From: Eledone cirrhosa
Lineage: Eukaryota
Reading direction: 5' to 3'
Assembly (NCBI GenBank): GCA_964016885.1
Contig: OZ024740.1
Span: 67,766,001 to 67,830,000 of the forward strand
Length of the DNA stretch: 64,000 bases
Part shown: positions 41,870 to 56,500 of the stretch, in pieces
Layout of the letters: every line of letters begins with the position of its first letter
How positions within the stretch are numbered: the first letter of the stretch is position 1
Position numbers and translations under genes: made by a program
The notes under the pieces: model-generated
Databases searched by the model: none
Told to the model about the DNA's origin: nothing
The model's input: only the letters and a program-made list of their open reading frames with translations

Positions 41870-43194
41870 AATAAAGGAAATTGACACTGAAGAAGGATAC
41901 AAATATTTAGGTGTTCTGGAGACAGATGACACCAAGAACAAAAAACTGAAGGAATTGATAAGATCTGAGTACATTAGGAGAGTAAGGAGCGTATTAAAAT
42001 TACATGTAAATAGTAGGAATGTCATAAGTGCAGTGGATTCCCGAGCTGTGTCTATTATTAGGTACAGTGCGGGAACACTGAAATGGAATGTTGCTGAACA
42101 AAAAGAAATGGATAGGAAGACTAGGAAGCTATTGACTATCTACATGTTCCACAAGAGGAGTGATGTCGATAGACTCTACTTAAAGATATCTGAAGGTGGA
42201 AGAGGCCTTATCAGCATAGAGGACTCTGTTCAGTTGGAGAAAAACAACCTGCACAAATACGTGACTGACAGTAGGGAGCCAATACTCAAAATTGTACTGA
42301 AGGAGAGGACAATAGACCAGGTGATGTCCAAGGAGGAAATGCCAACAAGGAGGTAGATCAACCTTCATGAAAAACCCTTTCATAGTACCTTCTTTAAGAA
42401 GACTGAATTTAGACATCCACAGACATGGAACTGGTTGAAAAGAGGAAACCTTAAAAAGGCTCATTGGAATACTGAAGGCTGCGCAAGAGCAGGCCCTCAA
42501 AACAAAGTGGTTGAAACACCATATTTACAAGAAGGAGGTTAGCCCGCTGTACAGGATCTGTGGAGAGAGGAGACTGTGGCTCACATTGTATCCGAGTGTA
42601 AACACCTAGGCCAGACTCACTATAAAGGCTGGAGACATGATGTGATGGGCAGGGTGATCTACTGGCACCTATGCAAAGTAAACAATTTACCACATTCTGA
42701 GAAGTGGTATGAGCATAAGCCAGAGTCGGTGATAGAAAACGATCAGGTGAAGGTGCTGTGGGACTTTTGATACAGACGGACAAGAAACTGGAACACAATA
42801 GACTTGACCTGGTGGTTTTGGACAAGGAAAAAAGATCGTGCCTGATTGTGGATGTGGCCTGCCCATTCGACACGAGAGTGCAAGAGAAGGAGAGGGAGAA
42901 AATTAACCGATACCAGGACTTAAAGTGGGAGGTAAAAAGGATTTGGAACTGCCATGAAGTCAAAGTGGTCCCGATTGTTATAGGCGCACTAGGTACTATC
43001 TCAAAAAGTTTCCAGGGATGGTTAAAGAAAATTGGCACCGCCACGTTTTTTGGAACGCTTCAAAACGCATGCTTGCTGGGAACAGCACAAACCCTCCGAT
43101 ACGTCCTGAATATCTGATGCTGGAGGTAGTGGCTTGATATTAATTTCAACAAACTTTCCAGTTAACTAACATCAATGACTGAAACTCAAAGAAC
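41870..43194 (+). mobile_element. R4/Dong-clade LINE (restriction-like endonuclease), 5'-truncated copy 1
   Basis: YKYLGV, RLYLK..EGGRGL, HIVSEC..L, RHD, LWDF, NRLDLVV, DVACP, EKINRYQDL, PIVIGALG. Ends ...caaagaac(AAT)n. Confidence 0.9.
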
Positions 43195-43220
43195 AATAAT
43201 AATAATAATAATAATAATAA

Positions 43221-44958
43221 TATTAAAAAGGCATTTGACATGGTGCCTCATTCTTGGATCACCAAAAGCCTAGAGATCTTCAAGGTGGCAGATAACATCA
43301 GACAGTTGTTGAGCAAAAGTATGAAGTACTGGAAAACAGAGTTAACATCAGCTGGAGAATCCAGGGAGATAGTTTACCGCTCTGTTGTGTGTACTTGCCC
43401 TGATGCCCCTGACCACTATACTGCGAAAAGTGAGAGCAGGATACAAGTTGGGAAAGGGAGGGCTTACCATCAATCACCTCCTCTTCGTGGACGATATTAA
43501 GCTCTTCGGGAAGAGTGAGAAGGAGTTGGATGTGCTTGTTGACACTGTCCGTATTTTCAGCAATGATATATGTATGCAATTTGGTATTAGTAAGTGTGGA
43601 GTCCTTGTGATGAAGAGGGGTAAATTGAGCAGAAGCAACGGAATCCAGGTACCAACAGGTGAGATGATAAAGGAAATTGACACTGAAGAAGTATACAAGT
43701 ATTTGGGTGTTCTGGAGGCTGATGACATCAAGAACAAAAAAATGAAGGAATTGATAAGATCTGAATACATTCGGAGAGTAAGGAGCGTATTATAGTCACA
43801 TCTGAACAGTAGGAATGCCATAAGTGCAGTAAATTCCCGAGCTGTGTCTATTATTTGGTACAGTGCGGGAATTCTGAGATGGAATGTTGCTGAACAAAAA
43901 GAAATGGATAGGAAGACTAGGAAGCTATTAACTATCTACAATATGTTCCACAAGAGGAGTGATGTCGATAGACTCTACTTAAGGAGATCTGAAGGTGGGA
44001 GAGGTCTTATCAGCATAGAGGACTGTCATCAGATGGAGAAAAACAACCTACACAAATACGTGACTGATAGTAGAGAGCCAATTCTCAGAATTCTACTGAA
44101 GGAGAGAACAATATACCAGGGGATGTCCAAGGAGGAAATAACAACAAAGAGAAAGAGCCACCTTCATAAAAAATCCCTTCATACTACCTTCTTTGAGAAA
44201 ACTGAATTCAGAGATCCACAGACATGGAACTTGTTGAAAAGAGAATACGTTAAAAAGGCTACAGTAGGAATGCTAATGGCTGCGCAAGAGCAGGCCCTGA
44301 AAACGATGTGGCTGAAACATCATATTTACACGGAGGAGGCTAGCCCACTGTGCAGGATCTGTGGAGAGAGAGAGAGGAGACTGTGGTTCACATTGTATCC
44401 GAGTGTAAACACCTAGCCCAGACTCACTATAAAGGCTGGATACATGATGTGTTGGACAGGGTGATCCACTGGCACCTATGCAAAGTAAACAATTTACCAC
44501 ATTCTGAGAAGTGGTATGAGCATAAGCCAGAGGATACAGACGGACAAGAAACTGGAACACAATAGACTTGACCTGGTGGTTTTGGACAAGGAAAAAAGAT
44601 CGTGCCTGATTGTGGGTGTGGCCTGCCCATTCGACACGAGAGTGCAAGAGAAGGAGAGGGAGAAAATTAACCGATACCAGGACTTAAAGTGGGAGGTAAA
44701 AAGGATTTGGAACTGCCATGAAGTCAAAGTGATCCCGATTGTCATAGGCGCACTAGGTACTATCTCAAAAAGTTTCCAGGGATGGTTACAGATAATTAGC
44801 CCCACGCCGCTTTTTGGAACACTTCAAAAAGCATGCTTGCTGGGAACAGCAAAAACCCTACGATACGTCCTGAATATATGAGGCTGCAGGTAGTGGCTTG
44901 ATATTCATTTCAACAAACTTTCCAGTTAAATAACATCAATGACTGAGACTCAAAGAAC
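43221..44958 (+). mobile_element. R4/Dong-clade LINE, 5'-truncated copy 2
   Basis: KAFDMVPHSW, QGDSL, HLLFVDDIKL, CRICGE, RLE C-terminus. Same 3' UTR and (AAT)n tail as copy 1. Confidence 0.92.
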
Positions 44959-44994
44959 AATAATAATAATAATAATAATAATACTATTACAATC

Positions 44995-45030
<36 letters not shown>

Positions 45031-45075
45031 AATAATAATAATAATAATAACAATAGTAATAATGCTAATAATAAT

Positions 45076-45200
45076 GTTTTCTTTATTAACCACAAGGTTT
45101 TACATAAAGTAGACATTAAGGACAGTACAGGACAATACATGACTGTACAAATGGGCATTTCTGCGTGTAAAAAAAACCAGAGGATATAATAAAATAACAA
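45076..45200 (-). mobile_element. 3'-terminal fragment of LINE A family
   Basis: Nearly identical to 6286-6410, embedded in (AAT)n. Confidence 0.85.
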
Positions 45201-45638
45201 ATAATGATAATAATAATGGTATTTGTCGTATAATAAATACGGGTACAGTGGTGTAGGTAATGTTCTACTGCCTGCAGCTTTGTTTTGGCGTGAACAGGAA
45301 AAAGTATGGAGAGCTGTTTACGATAATTAATAACATATTTTCGATTTGTTAGCTTGGTTGGGAGCAAAAACACCCTAGAGTGACCGTGTGCAATAATAAT
45401 GGCTATGGTAGGTTATTTGACAGTATTGGGAAAATGATTGACAAGGACAAATTTATGAGAAATGAAAGTGAAAGTTAAGGAGTGTAGAAGGAGGAAAAGG
45501 GAGAGGGTAAATTGGAGTAGAGATAGAGAGAAATAGATTGAGATTTGATATTAACGGAAGAATGTGGGTAGAGGCTTCATATGATAAAGATGCTGTTTAT
45601 ATAAATATCTCTCTGTTCCTTTCTATCTTCCCCTCTCA

Positions 45639-45674
<36 letters not shown>

Positions 45675-45692
45675 ATATATATTTATTTATCC

Positions 45693-45725
<33 letters not shown>

Positions 45726-45745
45726 CATAAATATATGTATGTAAG

Positions 45746-45815
<70 letters not shown>

Positions 45816-45904
45816 GTTATTCCGGGTTGAATCGGAGGTAACCACAGTAAGTAAGGTACTCAATACGTTGCAGAGAACTGTTTCATTCTTTAGAAATCAT
45901 CAGG

Positions 45905-45962
<58 letters not shown>

Positions 45963-46052
45963 GTATACATATATATATATATATATATATATATGTATAA
46001 ATATAGAGATAGATTGATAGATATGTATACATACACACAAACACACACACAT

Positions 46053-46083
<31 letters not shown>

Positions 46084-46168
46084 ATGTATATAAATATAAA
46101 TATAAAAATATAAATATACATATATGTATCTATACCTATTCAGACACATAAACATAAAGCATACACAT

Positions 46169-46264
<96 letters not shown>

Positions 46265-46569
46265 ATGTGTTTGATTGTGTTTGAATGTGTATGTCTCTTC
46301 TGTGTACATTCATACGCATATACAAACACGCCCATATTCAAAACACAAACCCACGTTCACGTATATGTAATATGTAAGTATATGATCCACTATATATACA
46401 CAATATAATACCTTTCATATCTAAAGGCAATTTCCTTGGCAACTCAGCTTTCAATTCATCGCAATTCAGCCATGAATAATGTATTTCCATTCTTACCTAA
46501 AGAAGAGAATATAATCAAAATACGATTCTTCAATCATTACTGCGTACGAGTACATACACGTACAAGTTC

Positions 46570-46671
<102 letters not shown>

Positions 46672-46674
46672 TTA

Positions 46675-47500
46675 TCTATATATATAAAGTTGTAGTTCCT
46701 GTCTGTTTGTGTGTTTGTTTGTTCACGAACTTCTCCTATGGTTTTGGAGATAGACCGCCATAACCATATATATTCTGAAACTACATTGCCCAGGGCACTT
46801 GGATAAGTATATTTCATTTTAATCAAAGGGATCCCCGGGGGCACAGACCCCGCTGAAAATGTTTTCACTCCGATTTATATGAAATTTAAACCATACGGAA
46901 ATAGCAAGATGTGATGCCTATTCACATTTCAGCAAATTTCAGCAAATTTCAATAATATTAAGACACCCTAATGTCGGTTAAACCCCGTATACTGAATATT
47001 TTGGTCAATAAATGGTACAAGATGTGTTGTAAGAAGATTGCATCAGAACTTCATTGAAGCAACCATTATATGTTACATAGGTCAAGCTCTTCTCATTCCG
47101 AGGATTCCACTTATACCAAGTGATAGCGAGTTGCCTTTTATATTTAAGAGGCTTCAGTTACGAGTGGGGCCATGCTTTGCCATGAGCATCAATAAGAGTC
47201 AAGGTCACACTTTCAAAATTATTGGTATAGATCTGACAAACCCATGTTTCAGTCATTGCATGTTTTATGTGGCTGTTTCAAGGACTGGAACTTCAAAAAA
47301 TGTCTACAGTTAAGGCAATCAAAGAAAGACAATAAATGTTGTTTACCCTGAAGTTCTTCATTAGGACAAAGTATGAAATATATTCTCATGTATTTATTAT
47401 GTTAAAAAATAATATTTTCAAATGTTTCATGCATTACATTTTACACTGAGTAATATTAAAATGCAGAGTTTTTCTCCATGAATTATATCACTGATTTGAA
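46675..47500 (+). mobile_element. Non-autonomous Helitron with helicase C-terminal fragment
   Basis: A|TCTATATATATAAAG start. LIPRIPLIPSD..LPF.FKRLQ...FAMSINKSQG...FSH...YVAVSR at 47038-47313. 3' end not located. Confidence 0.75.
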
Positions 47501-47588
47501 ATCAATGATCATTTTCTCATAAAAAAAATGTGTGAAACGCAGCAAGACGCGAGTATTTCGGTTAGATTATATATATGTATATATATAT

Positions 47589-47660
<72 letters not shown>

Positions 47661-49201
47661 ATACTTGGGGAGGGTCATATTTGTGTAATATTGCCAGAAT
47701 TAATAACAGAACACACTCACTGTTTGGTTGGTTTTCGCTTTTCGCTTCTGTGTCTTTTATATCGGTACTCTAATTTATTCGGTCCTCAATGTTGCCATTG
47801 ACTGACCAAAAAATATTGGTTGTTATATATATGTACATATGTCTATATATTATATAAATACATACATACATATATAATGTCAAAAAGAAAAAACACTATA
47901 TGAGAACAATATAGTAACATGATTAAATATATTAGGTAAGGCTTAATATTTCGGATGTAGAGTTCCATTAGAATATAAAACCAGCATACAAATATAGACA
48001 TGAATAAGAGATAGGTATGGAAATAACGTTTCACAGAAATGCATTCATGCGGTTAGTCAATTTTTTATATGAATGTATGATGAGTCTGAGTATATCATTC
48101 ATAAAGATCATTGTACATTTTAATTTAAAATGTACACGTAATATAAACTGTGTGCGTGTTTGTCTGTAGAAAATTATAAGTGTAGAAAGACTGGATGTTC
48201 ATCAGACCATGAAATGTTGGTGTGGCTGCGGAAAGTGTTAGAATATGTGTTTGCAGCCGTTCATGAGCTATCCAACGCAGTCAGTTAAAGCCCGAGCGAA
48301 AAATAGAAATATTTTACTCGAACCTCTCCTTATTCCGGTATCCCCATATGAAAAGTAGCACAGAGGTGGCAATTAAAAGGAAAGTGTGTACTGCATGAAT
48401 TAACATGGGAGGTGGTCGACATGTCCTCGCCATAAATATATAGAACTAAGAGATGCCCCTTCTACATCAATGCAAAACGTAGGATTTTGCAATGATTACA
48501 CTCCCCAAACAAATATCTATACTCCAAGAATGAATTCATTAGACATTGTTTGCATAGAAAAAGCTATCCCCTATACAACTAGAATGCCATACCCCTCACC
48601 AGACCTGCTCTACCCTTTATTAACTATATTTTTCAGTCCCATACACAGGCAAAAATAGATGCACATAACATATCCACACTCATGTATACACAAGATATAC
48701 CACACATCATAAAGTCCCACGTATGTTTAAGTATTCATTTTAAATTTTTGTCAGAACATTTTTTTTTTTAAAGTTGTTCAAGGCTTACAAAATTATATTA
48801 CACAATAGGTTACACACAATTCGTATTTTTTTAGTGTTCAGGCTTAATATATTTATGAAGCTTACGGAAGTGGTTTCAGTTTTACACTCAATGTAACACA
48901 CATACATTTCTATACAAACAAGCATATACAACCATACTATGCGTATGAGATGAGAATGTATCCGTGCAGCCCCATAACATTTTTCAGAGAGGTTTATCTC
49001 CCTTGGTTTTTAACGGCGAACAGTTTACGATATACGAGCTTTTCCGTATGGTAACGAGCCACCGAGCACCTGTAAGGTCCTTTAAGTTACTTTCAAAATA
49101 ACTTACAACCTAGGTCACGCGTATATTATAATTGCACATCGATTAACTTACAACTTAAGTCACGCGCATATTATACATACATTCGATTCAAAGCATGTAG
49201 T

Positions 49202-50229
49202 GCTGTATAATTATAATTTAAAGACTGTCTTGAGAGTTACAAACTCGTTCTTGTGGAAAACTCTCGACGATATACAAGCTTAATTCTTGATTTATATTTT
49301 TAAATTTGTGTCCTTCCGTTTGACAAATAGAATCAGTTATACGACGGCTTCTCCACTATACAAAGGTGGTCATAACTAGAAACGCGAAAGAAAAGGCCGC
49401 GCATACTTGTTTAGTGTATGTTACGTTCAGTTAGTATTGATTCTCCAGTTGTAGTACTGAATGCCTATATGGGTCCAATTACCTGGTCGATAAAATAAAG
49501 TACCAGTAATACACTGTGATAATTGCTGGCCATGTCCCAAAAGTAGAAACAATTATTAATCTATCAACGGAAACACCACAAGCATATACCATTTTTTCTT
49601 TCTTTCTTCCATACCTTTTTCTAATAGTGCTACTAACCACTCCCTGACACCAATCATATCCAATGGTTACCATGACACAGTAACTGAATATGAATTATCA
49701 ACGCTTTACGTATATCTAACGCTGCCGCAGGGATAACTACATTCATTAGAGAATCTATAAGAATGATGAGCGATGATCGATTCCAGAGCCGGGCGTGATC
49801 GTACATTGAGCTGATCGATCGCCAAATGCACATCATATGTGAATAAACATAATGCTTTTATATTGATATTACATTCATACTCGTTATTATTATTATTCAC
49901 AGTATTTCTTATGGTTAACAGCAACAGTAATACCAAACGTAACAATACACATCGGTAATTGGACCCATTTAGGCATTCAGTACTAAAACTGGAGAATCAA
50001 TACTAACTGAACGTAACATACACTAAACAAGTATGCGCGGCCTTTTCTTTCGCGTTTCTAGTTATGAGCACCTTTGTATAGTGGAGAAGCCGTCGTATAA
50101 CTGATTGTATTTCTCAAACGGACAAATTAAAAAATATAAATCAAGAATTAAGCTCATATATCGTTGAGAATTTTCCACAAGAACGAGTGTGTAACTCTCA
50201 AGACAGTCCTTAAATTATAATTATACAGC
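49202..50229. repeat. ~280-bp inverted repeat pair (49202-49483 and 49954-50229)
   Basis: Arms are reverse complements with scattered differences. The spacer holds a SINE 3' part (~49485-49556) and a degenerate hammerhead. Confidence 0.88.
49756..49839 (+). ncRNA. Degenerate hammerhead
   Basis: TATAAGA-ATGATGA-GCGATGATC...GATCGATCGC-CAAA-TGCA-CA-TCATATG. C3 and G12 mutated. Confidence 0.4.
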
Positions 50230-51086
<857 letters not shown>

Positions 51087-51271
51087 TTGTTACATAGTAA
51101 GGTGCATTATTGGTTGTGTAAAATGGTCCTATATCTTTATGTTAGCAATATTAAGTTCTCCACGCTTTTGTATATATCCAATTCCATTCGAGGGAACAGC
51201 TAAATGATGTAAAACGGAGTATAAGTATCAAAATGAAAATCCGAAGGCAAGGTAAAATTCCAATCATTTAA

Positions 51272-51345
51272 TCACGACACATGTTTCAATAAGAGATAGA
51301 TCCATTGTGATGTCATGATCGACTATCACTGATCTCATCAGGTGA
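51272..51345 (-). ncRNA. Hammerhead motif, intact core
   Basis: TCAC-CTGATGA-GATCAGTGATAG...CTATCTCTTATT-GAAAC-ATGT-GTC-GTGA. Confidence 0.72.
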
Positions 51346-51496
51346 AAATGAATTGTCTTCAAATTCTTGATATGAGGGAGAAAGAATAACTATGTTCTCT
51401 CACAGAATTCATTCCCTCATATGGAGACACACCAGTCAGTCAGAGACATGGCGACTGCTATTAGCTTTAGTTGAGGTCATAAAAGTTTTCAGATTT

Positions 51497-51830
<334 letters not shown>

Positions 51831-51870
51831 CAAAATATTAACAAATGATTCACATAATCAAAATATTTGC

Positions 51871-51933
51871 TTTGTTATATATATTTCAAAGGTACTGTGT
51901 TGTTGTTTTTTCAGTACGTCTTCATCAGACAAA
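51871..51933 (-). ncRNA. Hammerhead motif, intact core
   Basis: TTTGT-CTGATGA-AGACGTACTG...CAGTACCTTT-GAAA-TATATA-TA-ACAAA. Confidence 0.75.
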
Positions 51934-52014
51934 ATATATGATTTAATAAATGACATACCGCTACTGTCTTGATTATACAATTCCAGTATTGGCAGTATAT
52001 ATATATATATAGAT

Positions 52015-54450
52015 ATAACTTTAACTTTGATAACTTTGATAGGTTTCGGCCAGTATTGGCCCAGGCCATGTCTAACTTAATAGCACCACCTGGCGAAGTC
52101 TTACAAATCAGTGTTTGGGCACCGTGGCCCACTCGACCAGAGAGTTATTGTTTACGGAGGCATATCCGGGTATAGGAGGCTTATCCGGGATTTCTTGAAG
52201 GAATTTATCCAAAGACTTCTTGAACTTGATGGGGTCTGTCTCTGCTTTGATGCGTTTTGGTGAAATGTTAAATAGAGCAGGGCTAATTGAGGTGAAATAA
52301 TTGTGCCGTATTGTTGTTATGTGATGCGAGTGAGATTTTTTTCGTGGGCGGATAGCACAGGGCCCAAGCTTTTGGTGTACACTAAAGGTGATGCCAACAT
52401 CATTTGGGCAAAGCTGATGCAATATTTTCCACATCATATAGATAATGTACCGCTCTCGGCGACGTTGGTAAGAATAAAGTTTGAGCTTTTCTAATCGACT
52501 CCAATAGTCAGGGCCTGTCATGCCATCTATCTTTTTTTTCTAATTGACCTTTGGTGTGCTTCAACTTTCATGATACTTTGTTTCGTGTGGGGTGACCACA
52601 GTGGACAACAGTATTCAAGGTGGGGTCGGGCAAAAGTGGAGAAGAGAATGATAACAGTGTGGATATCTCTCGACTGGGAGGTTCTGAGAATCCAGGAACA
52701 CATTCTGCGGGCCATATCAACGTTGCTGTTTATATGAGTGGCCCAGCTTATGTGGTTGTCCACAATTACTCCCAGGTCTCTGATGTTATTGGATGCCACT
52801 AGAGTTGCACCCGAAGGAAGAGAGTATGGTAGTTTCAGGGCATCCCATTTTCAAAAGTGGATTAATTCAAATTTATCCTCATTCAACAGCATATTATTCA
52901 TTTCTGCCCAATGGATAACAGCCAGTAGGTCTGACTGATGGCGAGTCCGGTCACCCACCTCATTGATGATCCTTTGGAGCTTGGAATCATCTGCGAAGAT
53001 TCTGATGTTACTGTGCTTGATGATGTCAGTAATGTCATTATTGCAGATGGACGCCATGCTTTCCAGCATAGTTACGTCCCTTTACGGTCTGAATTCAAAT
53101 CCCGTCGAGGTTGACTTTGCCTTTTATCCTTATGGGGTCCATAAAATAAAGTACCAGTAATTCACTGGGTAATTGCTGGCCTTGTGCCTAAAGTAGAAAC
53201 AATTAATGTAGATGATGAAAAGAAGAGGGTTCAACAGAGTGCCTTGTGGGACGCCACTGCTGACTTTGGCAGGGCTTGATTTTACACCTTCGACTACAAC
53301 ATGCTGGATTCTGCCTATCAAGAAACATTTGATCCACTGTAGTAACCTTCCAGAGACCCCAACATTGGATAGATTTTTCAGTAGAATCTTATGATCAACC
53401 CTCTCGAATGCCTTGCTGAAATCAAGGTAGATGACATCAGTGTTGGAGCCCTCTCCCAAGGCTCTCAAAACATCGTCAAAGTGATGCAGGAGCTGCGTTA
53501 AGCACTCACATCCATTACGGAACCCATGTGGGTTATTCGTGAGCTCACCACCCTTTCAAATACCTTGATAATATGAGAGGTGAGTGAGATCGGACGGCAG
53601 TTCACTGCAAGTGACTTATTTCCCTTTTTGAAGACTGGGACAATGGACTAGGACAGAAAGTGTTCAGGAATATAGCCAGTGCCCAGTGAGTTCCTCCACA
53701 GATTAGCAAGTTGGTGTCGACACACCTTCAGGACACAAGCAGGGAACCTGTCGGGTCTTACTGCTGAACTGTGTTTAATTTCGTTTATTGCCACTAAGAC
53801 CTCAGGGGTGCCAAACGTTATGTCTGATATAGTGTGTTGGGGATTAACATCACTGATACGGTTCAGATCGGCCATATCAGGATTGCTGAAAATAGAGCAG
53901 TATTGTTTCTGCAGTATCTCGCCCATGGTTTTGGCATTGTCTTGGAGCGTGCCATTTTCATCAACTAGGGGGCCAACAGTGGAGACGGTGACCTTGTGTT
54001 TCTCAATGGCCCACCTCTCTTCAGCTATTCTCTGGTTATTGATGATGGTCATCATGCATTGCTGGAGGTTATATTTTTGTTTACTCAAGCAGGGTGATAG
54101 CCATTGAATGTGTGTGTTGCTGTTGGCAGTATTTTAGTGTGTTAATTTTTTTGTTTATTCTTTTTATTTTTCTGATAATTGTTTTTCTGTTTTGGGGGAT
54201 GCTGCACTTGGTTTTGTTCACAGGTGGGGCGATTCAATTGACAATTTCTTTTATTTTACAACCTTGCCACCAGGAAGTTGGTCGGTCAAAAATGTACTCG
54301 AAATTAAGAGTAAGAGAAACATTCATACAAAATCGACTGTATACAGGGGGAATATATTTCCATAGATTAATAAAGAGTCACTCTAACTATGTAGAGTGTA
54401 TCATCTCCCTCGGTTGTACAACCAAATTGCAAGGCATAGTCCCTATTTAA
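52015..54450 (-). mobile_element. CR1-group LINE ORF2 remnant, 5'-truncated
   Basis: IYLDFSKAF, SGVPQGTLL, IFADDSKL, RDLGV, RPHLEYC..LWSP, RLEKLKLYS.QRRRER. 3' GGCC..GGCC stem-loop and (TATCAAAGT)-like tail. Confidence 0.88.
53050..53201 (+). mobile_element. 5'-truncated SINE inserted into the CR1-like RT, with 13-bp TSD
   Basis: ATTATTGCAGATG (53037-53049) and ATTAATGTAGATG (53202-53214). Confidence 0.85.
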
Positions 54451-54603
54451 CGATGTATGTCTACAAAAAAAGGATTGTATACCAGCCTCAAGTGATTTAT
54501 CATTCTCTCTCTGAGTATCTCATTCACACACACACACACACACCCACACACATATATATATATATATATAAGTGTGTATACATATATATATTAATATACA
54601 CAT

Positions 54604-54724
<121 letters not shown>

Positions 54725-54804
54725 TGTGTATGAATGTTTGTATATATATATATAGATTTTATATATATATATATATGGATTTTAGTCTTCAAATTTATTA
54801 TTAT

Positions 54805-54852
<48 letters not shown>

Positions 54853-55532
54853 ATATACATAAAATTGAAATCATCAACATAGCAAATATCCCTTGTATCA
54901 ATATTCTTTATCGTTTTAGTCGGATAGTAAACAAGAAAAGCAGCGTGGCGCCAACTAGACTTGTTTTCAAAATACTTAGCGGATACACTTCTTTGAATCA
55001 CGTCGTTATTATTTTTTTTTTTTGCTTTTTATTTTATCTCCTTTTGTATTTATATCTACTATAAAACTTTCTGTTTAGACACAGCTTGATAGTGTTTAGG
55101 GTATTAAACGACAAAACGTTTTAAACACTTGAATCTTTCGGAGGTCAAGTGTGTACATAATTACCGCAAGTTTTGCCGTAACGATCAAAAACGACTTATC
55201 AACGAGGGAACAAATACAAACCAAAAATTAAACGTTCTATATCTTTTCAATTTCTCTTTTCAATTGATATATAAAATAATGTTCTTATATATTGTGCTTT
55301 TATATATATATGAATATTTTATTTTATCTTTTCGTTATAATGTTTATTGTTTCTCCGTCTCGGTCTTTTTCATTGTCGTCCCCAAATTGGTTCAAAAACA
55401 TTTATGAAATTGAAAAAAAATGAAATAAAATAAACAATAATAAAAAGTATAAAAGTTAAATCAAAAATTCTATAAACTTAATTTGTTTGGTTAAATATTA
55501 ACCCACGAATAAAACTGACAAAACGTCACTTG

Positions 55533-55574
55533 TCCTCCTCCTCCTCCTCCTCCTCCTCCTCCTCCTCCTCCTCC

Positions 55575-55606
<32 letters not shown>

Positions 55607-55845
55607 GTCATCATCATCATCATCATCAACATCATCATCATCATCATCATCCTTCATCATCATCATCATCATCATCCTTCATCATCATCACCATCACCAT
55701 CATTATCAACATCCGCTTCCTCACCATCCTCTTTATCCACGTCACCCTCCTCCCCGCCCTCCTCGCCACCCTCATCCTCACCCTCCTAATCACCCTCCTC
55801 CCCACCCCATTCGTCACCCTCCTCCTCTCCACCCCTGTCATCCTA
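55533..55845. repeat. (CCT)n/(CAT)n simple repeat and C-rich low complexity
   Basis: Directly visible. Confidence 0.92.
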
Positions 55846-56216
55846 CTAAACAAGGACATTCATGTGGATAACTTTAAACAAATATAAAACTAAAAGCTTC
55901 TATGTTAACAAACCAATTCAGTTTATTATATTCGAGACCCAGGTCTCTATTTTTGCATTTTCAAGTTAATTTCAGATTGTTATTGTTGCTATTATTTTAG
56001 TTATTATTTCTAGTTATCATTTTACCATTTTGAATGTTTTGAACTTTCTTAAGCTGGGGATCTTGTTTACCAAGGTTATTATTACAATTGATGTTGTACT
56101 TAATATAAACGGATGATCTCCATTCGGTTGGGGGTAATCTTTTATTCTTTCTTTATGTCTTTTTTCTTTATTTCGTCTCCTTAATTATTTTCCTCCTCCA
56201 CCTCCCCCTTGTTGTT

Positions 56217-56352
56217 TACCAGTAATGTACTGAATAATTCCTGGCCTTGTGCCTAAAGTAGAAACAGTTATTATTATTATTATTATAAAGTACCAGTAAT
56301 ACACTGTAAATTGTTGGACTTGTGCCAAAAGTAGAAACAATTATTATTATGA
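56217..56352 (+). mobile_element. Two tandem SINE 3' tails
   Basis: taccagtaat...cttgtgcc.aaagtagaaaca(att)n occurs twice. Confidence 0.7.
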
Positions 56353-56357
56353 TTATC

Positions 56358-56384
56358 CTTCTTCTTCTTCTTCTTCTTCTTCTT

Positions 56385-56415
<31 letters not shown>

Positions 56416-56500
56416 TTCTTCTTCTTCTTCTTCTTCGTCTTCTTCTTCTTCTTCTCCTCCTCCTCCTTCTTCTCCTTCTACTTCTTTTTTTCTTCTTACT
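56358..56500. repeat. (CTT)n microsatellite
   Basis: Directly visible. Confidence 0.95.

Noticed and set aside
45865-45910. Minus-strand CTGATGA-TTTCTAAAGAAT-GAAAC
   Set aside because: No adjacent stem III, cleavage triplet or stem I partner. At most a fragment.
49310-49400. TTGACAA...GAAACGCG in the inverted arms
   Set aside because: Spacing to stem II is wrong, no UH triplet and poor stem I.
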